From sequence record MK327941.1: a stretch of DNA of 64,000 bases. One strand, given 5' to 3'. A program made the position numbers and the translations under genes. Source of the DNA: Escherichia phage vB_EcoM_G37-3. Shown one piece after another: positions 1-8,126 of the stretch (positions within the stretch are counted from its first letter, which is position 1; the number at the start of each line of letters is the position of its first letter). Under the pieces are notes generated by a model, which ran no database searches, was not told where the DNA came from, and saw only the letters and a list, made by a program, of their open reading frames with translations.

Positions 1-14
1 ATTCAAATCTACTT

Positions 15-22
15 TATAAATA
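15..22 (+). promoter_or_regulatory. T4-type late promoter (TATAAATA) for gene 23
   Basis: Exact TATAAATA about 34 nt upstream of the ATG at 56. Confidence 0.7.
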
Positions 23-55
23 CTTTAGGTTAACAACAAACAAGGTTTAAAGAAC

Positions 56-1642
56 ATGAAAACTACCAAAGAACTGATGGAAAAATGGTCCCCGCTGCTG
101 GAGAACGAAAAACTGCCGGAAATCGCAACTGCGTCTAAGCAGAAACTGGTTGCTAAAATTCTGGAATCTCAGGAAGCGGATTTTGCTGTAGACCCGATCT
201 ATAAGGATGAAAAAGTTGTTGAAGCATTCGGTGGCTTTATCGCAGAAGCCGAAGTTGCTGGCGACCACGGTTATGACGCATCTAATATCGCGGCTGGTCA
301 GACTACCGGTGCAATCACCAACGTAGGTCCGGCTGTTATCGGTATGGTTCGCCGTGCTATCCCTAACCTGATCGCATTTGATATTTGTGGTGTTCAGCCG
401 ATGAGCACTCCGACTAGCCAGATCTTTGCAATCCGTTCTGTATACGGTGGCGATCCGCTGAAATCTGGTGCTCGCGAAGCATTCCACCCGATGTATGCAC
501 CTGATGCGTTCCATAGCTCTCTTGCTGCTAAAGGTGCAACCGTAGGTTCACCAACTGGTACTGCATTCGCTAAACTAACTCTTTCCCAGGCTATCGCTGC
601 TGGTGATATCGTATATCACACCTTCGCAGAAACTGGTATTGCGTATCTGCAAAACGTAACTGGTGATTCTGTAACCCCTACCAAAGCAGGTCAAGAAACC
701 GAAGACGAAACTGTTATGAAACTGATCGAAGAAGGTAAATTGGCTGAAATCGCTTATGGTATGGCTACTTCCATTGCCGAAATTCAGGAAGGCTTTAACG
801 GTTCCAGCAATAACCCGTGGGCTGAAATGTCAATGCGTATTGACAAACAGGTTGTTGAAGCGAAATCTCGCCAACTGAAAGCCCGTTACTCTATCGAAGT
901 TGCGCAGGATCTGCGTGCTGTACACGGTATGGATGCTGACGCTGAACTGAATGCTATCCTGGCTAACGAAGTTCTGCTGGAAATCAACCGTGAAATCGTT
1001 GACGTCATCAACTTTACCGCTCAGGTTGGTAAGACTGGTATGACTCAGACCGTTGGTTCTAAAGCTGGTGTATTTGACCTGCAAGACCCGATCGATACTC
1101 GCGGTGCTCGTTGGGCTGGTGAATCCTTCAAATCTCTGATCTACCAGATCGACAAAGAAGCTGCTGAAATCGCTCGTCAGACTGGTCGCGGTGCGGGTAA
1201 CTTTGTTATCGCTTCCCGTAACGTTGTAAACATCCTGGCTTCTGCTGATCAGGGTATCAGTCTTGCTATGCAGGGTGCTGCAAAAGGTCTGAATACCGAC
1301 ACCACTAAAGCTGTTTTCGCTGGTGTTCTGGCTGGTAAGTACAAAGTGTTCATCGACCAGTATGCTCGTCAGGACTACTTCACTGTAGGTTACAAAGGCG
1401 ACAACGAAATGGATGCTGGTATCTACTATGCTCCGTATGTTGCTCTGACTCCGCTGCGTGCAACTGACCCGCAGTCTTTCCACCCGGTTCTGGGCTTCAA
1501 GACTCGCTATGGCATCGGTATTAACCCGTTTGCAGACAGCAAATCCCAGGCACCGTCCGCTCGCATCACCTCCGGTATGTTGAGCAAAGACAGCGTAGGT
1601 AAAAACGCATACTTCCGTCGTGTATGGGTTAAAGGTTGCTAA
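56..1642 (+). CDS. 23: Major capsid protein gp23
   Basis: 528 aa; near-colinear with remembered T4 gp23 (PEIA...AKI..., GDHGY, MVRRAIPNLIAFDICGVQPM, KNAYFRRV). Confidence 0.95.
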   Translation: MKTTKELMEKWSPLLENEKLPEIATASKQKLVAKILESQEADFAVDPIYKDEKVVEAFGGFIAEAEVAGDHGYDASNIAAGQTTGAITNVGPAVIGMVRRAIPNLIAFDICGVQPMSTPTSQIFAIRSVYGGDPLKSGAREAFHPMYAPDAFHSSLAAKGATVGSPTGTAFAKLTLSQAIAAGDIVYHTFAETGIAYLQNVTGDSVTPTKAGQETEDETVMKLIEEGKLAEIAYGMATSIAEIQEGFNGSSNNPWAEMSMRIDKQVVEAKSRQLKARYSIEVAQDLRAVHGMDADAELNAILANEVLLEINREIVDVINFTAQVGKTGMTQTVGSKAGVFDLQDPIDTRGARWAGESFKSLIYQIDKEAAEIARQTGRGAGNFVIASRNVVNILASADQGISLAMQGAAKGLNTDTTKAVFAGVLAGKYKVFIDQYARQDYFTVGYKGDNEMDAGIYYAPYVALTPLRATDPQSFHPVLGFKTRYGIGINPFADSKSQAPSARITSGMLSKDSVGKNAYFRRVWVKGC

Positions 1643-1727
1643 TATAAGCCATTCCTGAAAAACTTCGGTCGGGTGCAATACCCGACTTATCATAAACCTT
1701 ATGACAGTGTAAAGTGTTAATTCCAAA

Positions 1728-1757
1728 GGGAAGACTCGAAAGGGTCTTCCCTTTTGC
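1728..1757 (+). terminator. Rho-independent terminator after gene 23
   Basis: GGGAAGACTC-gaaa-GGGTCTTCCC hairpin followed by TTTTG. Confidence 0.6.
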
Positions 1758-1771
1758 GTATTATATCCCGT

Positions 1772-1779
1772 TATAAATA
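1772..1779 (+). promoter_or_regulatory. Late-promoter-like TATAAATA in the 23-24 intergenic gap
   Basis: Exact TATAAATA; no long ORF follows for about 360 nt. Confidence 0.4.
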
Positions 1780-2142
1780 AGGTTGCAAGCCTATATTCTA
1801 TTTGGAGCGAAAATAGATACACACAACAAAGACAGGAAGATGCAGAACATCGGTGGGTTGCGATCCTAAATCCGGTGGCTATGATATGTGATTGATTTTG
1901 ATGCGGGATTTATTAAAACACAACAAACAATTCCACCAATTTTCGTAGTAACTGCATGGCAAAGGACCAATGAATGAGATGAGCGTTCATGCTGTGATAT
2001 TGGGTCGGATAGATTTGGTAGATATACAGATCTGGTGTATGCCGACCTTGTTATGACATTCCAGCGTGACGCTAGCGGTAATTTTTTGGTTTTGGTACGC
2101 TGTTCCCTGAATTAACCCAAAATTCTCCATAAGGAGGAATGC

Positions 2143-2295
2143 ATGAGTAAGAAAGAAAACAGCTATGTTATGACTCGTAAGGAATACAACGAATTGATGT
2201 TAGCATTAGCTTATGCAATTATTCGTTCTGATCATGCAATTAATCTGGTAAACAAAGTTAACCGTAGCGTTGATAATGTTTCTAGGAAGAAGTAA
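2143..2295 (+). CDS. Small hypothetical protein (50 aa)
   Basis: ATG preceded by AAGGAGG at proper spacing; ORF MSKKENSYVMTRKEYNELML...; below the ORF-track length cutoff. Confidence 0.4.
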   Translation: MSKKENSYVMTRKEYNELMLALAYAIIRSDHAINLVNKVNRSVDNVSRKK

Positions 2296-2334
2296 GTTTA
2301 TTTTTGGAATCCTTTGGATTCCTTTTTCTTTTTG

Positions 2335-2342
2335 TATAAATA
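2335..2342 (+). promoter_or_regulatory. T4-type late promoter for gene 24
   Basis: Exact TATAAATA about 38 nt upstream of ATG 2380. Confidence 0.6.
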
Positions 2343-2379
2343 TGATATATCCATTAAGGCAAATACAGGATTCATAAAC

Positions 2380-3621
2380 ATGACTCATATTTTTACTGAA
2401 CTGTTGCGGGAATCTACTTCCTCAGTAGCTAACCAGACAGCGCGACCGCAACTATTATCATTAACTCGCGCGGTAAACAACCTGATTTTCTCTGATCTGG
2501 TAGCAATCCAGCCAACGGATCAACCAGTATCTGCATTGTACGGCCTACGTTATCTTAATCATGATGGTCAGATGACTTTCCGAACTGCTGCAACCTACGG
2601 TGGCGCGGTTGGTGATCGCACAGAGATTGAAGAGTTTTCAAAAGAAAAATCTTATGACGAAGGCGCACTATTCAAATCAGGCGATGTTGTATACGAAGTT
2701 GTGACCGCTGGTACAGTCGGTGAAGATGCCGAAACTCCAGAAGCTGCGATCTTTAAAGGCGTAATGACAAACAAAATTCGTTTCTATAGCGATTGTGCAT
2801 CGGTAGAATACTTTGAAGATAAAAACACCGAAATTGCGTCTACCTCTATGCAGTTTGACAAGTGGCAAGTTAATGTAGGTTCTCGTAAACTGAAAACCTC
2901 GTTCACCACTGAATTAATGCAGGATCTTGAGGCAAGCCAAATCAACTCTGAAAACTCTGTAATTGATCTTCTGGCTACTGTTGCTTCCGAAGAGATCAAC
3001 AAAGATATTATTCAGAAGTTGATCACTGTATCATCTCGCTATAAAATTAAAGGGATCACCCCTGATGGCGTACTTTCTCTCGTTAGCGTTCAGGATGCAC
3101 CAACACAAGCGCGTGAACTTTACCGCTATGCTTGCGAGATGAGCAATCAAATGTTGCGGACTTCCTCCTTTGCTGGTACATACGTTTTGGCGTCTTCTCG
3201 CGTGGTTGGCCTCCTGCAATCATCCGGTTGGATGGAAGAAACCGACAATGCTCTAAGCGAAGGTCGTCTGCGTTGCGGTCTGGAAGTGTACGCAGACACG
3301 ACAACACCTTTCGATTATATGCTCGTTGGTTGTAAGCACATGATCGGTGATATGGAGAGTGTAGGTTCTCTGTTCTACTCCCCATATACAGAAGCCGACG
3401 GCGCTGGCGCGTATAAGAGCGTAATTGACCCTAATAGCTTCCAGCATCATGTAGCTATTATGAATCGTTATTCACTCTCTGTCAACCCATACACATCAAA
3501 AGTTGATCAGGAAGAACACCAGGTCATCAAGGGTGACGATTGGGGTAAAATGGCTGGGCGTTCAGAAATGTCCTACATTTTAGGAATCGAACTGCCACCG
3601 CTTGAGATTGACAACGCTTAA
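2380..3621 (+). CDS. 24: Capsid vertex protein gp24
   Basis: Homology to T4 gp24 (ELLRESTS, KWQ..V.SRKLKT, MAGRS); start placed at internal ATG 2380 with upstream AAGG. Confidence 0.9.
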   Translation: MTHIFTELLRESTSSVANQTARPQLLSLTRAVNNLIFSDLVAIQPTDQPVSALYGLRYLNHDGQMTFRTAATYGGAVGDRTEIEEFSKEKSYDEGALFKSGDVVYEVVTAGTVGEDAETPEAAIFKGVMTNKIRFYSDCASVEYFEDKNTEIASTSMQFDKWQVNVGSRKLKTSFTTELMQDLEASQINSENSVIDLLATVASEEINKDIIQKLITVSSRYKIKGITPDGVLSLVSVQDAPTQARELYRYACEMSNQMLRTSSFAGTYVLASSRVVGLLQSSGWMEETDNALSEGRLRCGLEVYADTTTPFDYMLVGCKHMIGDMESVGSLFYSPYTEADGAGAYKSVIDPNSFQHHVAIMNRYSLSVNPYTSKVDQEEHQVIKGDDWGKMAGRSEMSYILGIELPPLEIDNA

Positions 3622-4209
3622 CTAAATATCTAACCAAGACAAGTCAGATCCGCCAAAGATTTTTTCGACGGCGGATCTATTTTCTTGATGATATAAGTTA
3701 AAACATGGTATCCCATGTCTACGGGCAACATAAACAGCAATTCGAGTTCCTCCCGAAACGATTCCATTAACTTCTTTCGCCCAGAATATCACACAATCTA
3801 CAGGGTCATCAAGTGTCTCACCTAAGACTTGAGCGACATTTCTAGAAAACAGATTTTGCATGTATAACGGTATAGAACGAGGATTATCATAAACGTGTTC
3901 TAATTCATCCATCGCCAGATTTTTTTGTTCTAAGGTTTGCCATGCAATCACATCATGACCGTTATGCTTGTGGTCATAAAACTTCCAATTTGGAATGAAA
4001 ATTTTTCTATAATCTGGATCGTAATACTTCATGAAAGCATTGTCCATACCGTAAGCCCCTCCAGAATGCGCTACAACGCGATTTTCTGACAATACCCTCC
4101 CAATGGTACTAGCCATTATCAAAATGTCGCTAGGCGCTTTTCTAGAGCCGATTAAAGCACATCTACGAAGTGGTTTTACTCCAAATAGATCTTGTAACTG
4201 GTCAAACAT
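3622..4209 (-). CDS. SLOG/DprA-like Rossmann-fold protein (hypothetical)
   Basis: 195 aa; ALIGSRKAPSDIL...VVAHSGGAYGMDNAF resembles the DprA/Smf nucleotide-binding core; GGAGG RBS before ATG. Confidence 0.4.
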   Translation of the reverse strand: MFDQLQDLFGVKPLRRCALIGSRKAPSDILIMASTIGRVLSENRVVAHSGGAYGMDNAFMKYYDPDYRKIFIPNWKFYDHKHNGHDVIAWQTLEQKNLAMDELEHVYDNPRSIPLYMQNLFSRNVAQVLGETLDDPVDCVIFWAKEVNGIVSGGTRIAVYVARRHGIPCFNLYHQENRSAVEKIFGGSDLSWLDI

Positions 4210-4324
4210 AATATTTCCTCCATAGAAAGCAATATCATACTACAAGTTAATAACAAATACAAGTATCCGCGTAGCGGAAGCGAGCACAGCGAGCAATAAA
4301 ACACTTCCAGTAATTGATTAATAA

Positions 4325-4540
4325 ATGTTCGAAACAAATTTTTATTATTCTATAAGATAAGTCTTCGTTTTGATCATAATTTAATCATACATGTAAAAAC
4401 TACACAAAAGGATATCGCTTCGCGAACTCCTACGGAGTATAACATTTGTGTTACAATATGTAGTGATTAATAATTAACCAAAGATACATTTTCTATGTTC
4501 TAAAGATCTTTCTTCGTTTTGATCATAATTTAATCAAACA
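4325..4540 (-). repeat. Two copies of a conserved intergenic element (core AAAACGAAGA...ATCTT.TAGAA.ATAGAAAAT)
   Basis: Direct repeats TCTTCGTTTTGATCATAATTTAATCA at about 4362 and 4512; third copy at 57204-57292 on the opposite strand. Confidence 0.6.
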
Positions 4541-4589
4541 GTATTAATATTGTGCACATGTAAACTAAAATTATGTTAATAACAGATAC

Positions 4590-4614
4590 AAAAAAGCCGC
4601 CCCGAAGGACGGCT
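4590..4614 (-). terminator. Rho-independent terminator
   Basis: GC-rich hairpin (GCCGTCCTTCGGGGCGGC on minus strand) followed by T6. Confidence 0.6.
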
Positions 4615-4622
4615 AATGTTAA

Positions 4623-5060
4623 TTATTTGTTGATAACGATCTGATTTCGGCGAATGGTAACATTACTCTTAGAGATGATCAGATCATCCGGCACTACGTT
4701 AGTTTTGTATGGTTGGAAGCGAACAAGCATCTGATTGCGTTTAGACCCTTCCTTAATCTTGATTTCCATCTGAATATTGTTGCCTACGTGAGCAACCGCA
4801 ATTTCACCTTTATTCTCATAGACCCACTTGCTGGTAACGTCTCCAGCAAAAGCCTTAATAACTTGCAATGCTTCGTCGTATGCGGTAGAGCTGTGAACTT
4901 TCAGAAGGCCAGCCGTAGCAAGACGGGAGCAGGTGATCGCCGGAGATTGCCAAACATCAACATTAATTTGCTCAATCAGAGTAACACCGCCCTGGTCAAC
5001 TGCTTTGAATGCTTCAAACATTGTCTTTTTCATTGCTACGTGGTTTTTACGGAATTTCAT
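4623..5060 (-). CDS. Hypothetical protein
   Basis: 145-aa ORF, RBS AGAGGTGA, terminator downstream. Confidence 0.6.
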   Translation of the reverse strand: MKFRKNHVAMKKTMFEAFKAVDQGGVTLIEQINVDVWQSPAITCSRLATAGLLKVHSSTAYDEALQVIKAFAGDVTSKWVYENKGEIAVAHVGNNIQMEIKIKEGSKRNQMLVRFQPYKTNVVPDDLIISKSNVTIRRNQIVINK

Positions 5061-5106
5061 AATTAGTCACCTCTATTGATTAGTTATTCAGAATATTAAT
5101 TACAAA

Positions 5107-5382
5107 TCAGGACATTGCCCGTTTGAATGCGTCCATTATAACAGTGTTATTTGGCTTGTCAACACGTTTTTGAACTTTATTTTTAAATTTTTTGTTGATG
5201 TGGTGTTTACGATAAACAACCTTTTCACGGTTGGCGTAAGCCTCTCGTGCATCTTTTACCATCAACCATGCCTTAGCCGCATCTTGTCCGCTGATCCCGC
5301 CAATCTTCTTAGCAATATCAACAAAATTAAGACCGTGGTCTTCGCGTAGCATGTAAACCATTAACGCTGTTTTCTTGTCCAT
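5107..5382 (-). CDS. Hypothetical protein
   Basis: Start at internal ATG 5382 (MDKKTALMVY...) forming an ATGA overlap with the upstream gene. Confidence 0.5.
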   Translation of the reverse strand: MDKKTALMVYMLREDHGLNFVDIAKKIGGISGQDAAKAWLMVKDAREAYANREKVVYRKHHINKKFKNKVQKRVDKPNNTVIMDAFKRAMS

Positions 5383-5579
5383 CACTTCGCCCCATTGACG
5401 ATTAACAGGATAGTGATCAGCACCGGAAACTGGATCATGATAGTGCCAATAAACCGGATAAATGCATTTTCTGACTTCCACACATGACATGCGACTAGCT
5501 GATAGACCATTGTTGAAACCAGAACTAGGATATAAACCGAAAGCGGTGTAACTTCGATTAGTCGGGAAATCTCATTCAT
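5382..5579 (-). CDS. Small hydrophobic (membrane) protein
   Basis: 65 aa, predominantly hydrophobic; translationally coupled to the downstream ORF. Confidence 0.45.
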   Translation of the reverse strand: MNEISRLIEVTPLSVYILVLVSTMVYQLVACHVWKSENAFIRFIGTIMIQFPVLITILLIVNGAK

Positions 5580-5744
5580 ACTTCACCTCATACATTCATA
5601 AACACAACAACGAATAATACAGTAACAGTTATCAACGCCATTTTCAACCCCATATTCATAATATTTTCTTCGCCTCACTATGGACAGTAGCAGGTCGATG
5701 CGTGCCATTATAGGCATCTAAATCGCTCTGTCAAGCACAAAAAC

Positions 5745-5769
5745 AAAAAGCCACCCCGAAGGATGGCTG
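5745..5769 (-). terminator. Rho-independent terminator after hoc
   Basis: Hairpin AGCCATCCTTCGGGGTGGCT plus T-run on minus strand. Confidence 0.6.
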
Positions 5770-5779
5770 ATAGATTTCA

Positions 5780-6990
5780 TTAAGCAGGATGCGTTTCACG
5801 AATGCGTAGAACTCGCTCTAACGTCGCTCGGTCCAGCTTATGTAACTCTTTGGAATGATACATGAAACCATTGCGAGATTCCATGCAAGTGCAATCACTA
5901 TATTTTTCTTCCGCTGCCGCGATCGTCTCCAGATCTTTGGCGTACTTGCTGGTTGAATAAACTTCTCGATCACGCCACTCTAACCCAGCCTCATTGAATT
6001 TAACAATCTCGTCAAATACCCACCATCCAATGTAGATAAATGAAGTTTTGCGCCACGGGATCGGGTGTACGTAACGAAACATTTTAACAACTTCCATTGA
6101 ACATTTTCGGCTTGTACTTGCTGCAACTTCTACTGTTTCATCTTCGATCTGTTGATATAGTTTAGCAACACACCAGAATTTGGCTGTGTCATCGTAAGTA
6201 GCACTCTCTTTGAACAGATGACCGTCTGGCATGATAGAAAATCCTTCCAGTGCTTCGCCGACCTCACTACCGATTAGAGTCGGTGACGGTTGCCCTTCGC
6301 GCTGCAAATACCAGTTATATTTGATCGTCAATTAGGCATACCGCTAGAATCGCCTACAATGTCCTCTGACACAACATAATTAAGTGATATCTCATTACCT
6401 AGTGCCACGGTCTTTGATTCCACCACATCCTGATCTACGTTCATTGTTGCCAGCATGATTTTAGTCGATGCGCTAGCGGCTGAATCTTCCGACTCGCCCC
6501 ACTTTTACAGTATACACGCCGTTTTTATCTGCTGTAAATTCTTGGATCGTAATATCCTTTTTTGTGTCTATAACGTCATCGCCCTTACTCCAACTATAAT
6601 GTAGTTCATAGTTGTCTGCTGGAGTCTTCCCACCAGAAAAATTGACTGTTGCATGTAATTCTACGTCTGTTTGTGATGATACGTAGAATGCTGCGGTTCG
6701 GTGATATTTACGATTAATGCAGCTTCTTCCATGAGGAAAACTTCAGATTCTACTGATGTCATCGTATCGGTATCTTGTACCGTTACTTTATAGCTACCCG
6801 CATTTTCACTTGTTGCGTCTGCTACAGTTAGCGTAGCTGTGCTATTTTCATGCGGTTGGTCGTCTTTTGTCCATGTATATGTCAAATTGCTGGGTAATGG
6901 TTCGTCACCCGCTACAGTCGCCGTTAAGGTGAAACCATCTCCAGCAAGAAAACATCTTTTGTTAGATTGTATTGATACTGTGAAAGCCAT
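5780..6990 (-). pseudogene. hoc: hoc (highly immunogenic outer capsid protein), disrupted by frameshifts
   Basis: N-terminal Ig-like domain (MAFTVSIQ..., TYTWTKDDQ, GSYKVTV) and C-terminal capsid-binding domain (YVHPIPWRKTSFIYIGWWVFDEI...ESRNGFMYH) both match T4 Hoc but lie in different frames; at least three frame changes near 6661-6742, about 6490 and about 6335. Confidence 0.75.
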
Positions 6991-7085
6991 ATAAAGCCAC
7001 TCCCATCGAAAATCCGAATTTAATTAATTGAAATAGTTGATTGTCATCAACCAGATAACCATTGCGAGATTCCAATACATGAGTA

Positions 7086-7250
7086 TTAGAATAGTGATGC
7101 AACGAGGCCGAAATAGTATCGATCTCGTCTGGGTATTTGTTCTGCTATAAAGTCTGCTGTACTAACAACAATCTTTAACAGAAGTGGATGACCAACGGAG
7201 CCATAAACCGGATCTTCTGTTTGATGTAATACATTGATTTTGTTAGACAT
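7086..7250 (-). CDS. Small hypothetical protein (54 aa)
   Basis: ATG at 7250 preceded by GGGAGA RBS. Confidence 0.4.
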   Translation of the reverse strand: MSNKINVLHQTEDPVYGSVGHPLLLKIVVSTADFIAEQIPRRDRYYFGLVASLF

Positions 7251-7330
7251 GTAGTTCTCCCTTTTTAATTGCATAACGGAACTACAATTAAAATTATAAC
7301 AAATATTTCACAACTTTTATCACCCAAAAA

Positions 7331-8056
7331 TTACTTGAGTGTGTGGAATTGGCTATGTTTAGTCTCTCGCACCTTGACAGACCCATCGCGTTTGATATAA
7401 TAGATCAGTGACTTGAGGGTGTCGTGTACATACGCGTGTGGGAAACGCTCTGGATACTTCTTCCAATCTGGAGTATTAACGATCCAGTCGAAAATCCACC
7501 ACGGGCAGGAGTAGTAACCACGACCGCCACCGATCAAACAAATGGTTGGACGGAAACCAGTAAGATCGCAAAATGAATCAGTGTCATGTGCAGGAGAACG
7601 ATGTTCGGCTTCGTCAGAGAAAATGTTTGCTACCGGAGATTTCACTTTAACTTCCGGTGCTTCTTCAACATCTGACTTAACTTCTTCGACCACTGGTTCA
7701 ACTGCTGGAGATTCTTCTTTTGTTTCTTCAATGACGATCTCAGGTTCTTTCATTGCTTCAACCAGAGACGGATCAACTTCGTCGAATACTACTTTATCAT
7801 CTGCGGTGTCTGCTGCCAGAATAAGATCGTTAATACTGGTTCCTTCTGCCGGAGTTTCTTCTTCCATTTCGGAAGCCAGTTTAGTTAATTCGGTTTCTAC
7901 GAACTCGATCATGTTCTCTAGTGAGAACGTCTTTTTGACCTTAATATCAAATTGTTTTGCGTAGTCCGCTAATTCTGTTTTAGCGGTTTTCTGTGCTTCT
8001 TTGTCGTCGGACGCCGCAATAGCGCGGAGTTCTTCGAAATATTCTTTATCAAACAT
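7331..8056 (-). CDS. inh: Inh-like protein (prohead protease inhibitor) with Hoc-type C-terminal domain
   Basis: Acidic middle region; C-terminus CPWWIFDWIVNTPDWKKYPERFPHAYVH resembles Hoc capsid-binding domain; position matches T4 inh. Confidence 0.5.
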   Translation of the reverse strand: MFDKEYFEELRAIAASDDKEAQKTAKTELADYAKQFDIKVKKTFSLENMIEFVETELTKLASEMEEETPAEGTSINDLILAADTADDKVVFDEVDPSLVEAMKEPEIVIEETKEESPAVEPVVEEVKSDVEEAPEVKVKSPVANIFSDEAEHRSPAHDTDSFCDLTGFRPTICLIGGGRGYYSCPWWIFDWIVNTPDWKKYPERFPHAYVHDTLKSLIYYIKRDGSVKVRETKHSQFHTLK

Positions 8057-8082
8057 GTTATTCTCCTGATTGGGGGTGTTTG

Positions 8083-8090
8083 TATAAATA
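8083..8090 (+). promoter_or_regulatory. Late promoter TATAAATA upstream of uvsW
   Basis: Exact TATAAATA about 37 nt upstream of ATG 8127. Confidence 0.5.
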
Positions 8091-8126
8091 TTTGTATACT
8101 GTATTTATTGAGTGAGGCTATTCGCT

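Noticed and set aside
830-1822. 330-aa ORF on the minus strand
   Set aside because: Lies antisense within the strongly supported gene 23; no RBS; composition consistent with a shadow ORF.
4210-4622. tRNA or CRISPR array in the long intergenic region
   Set aside because: No cloverleaf-compatible acceptor/T-arm pairing found by eye and only two spaced repeats with no regular repeat-spacer periodicity.
7542-7964. 140-aa plus-strand ORF rich in Ser/Thr
   Set aside because: Antisense to the inh-like gene; low-complexity translation typical of an antisense frame.
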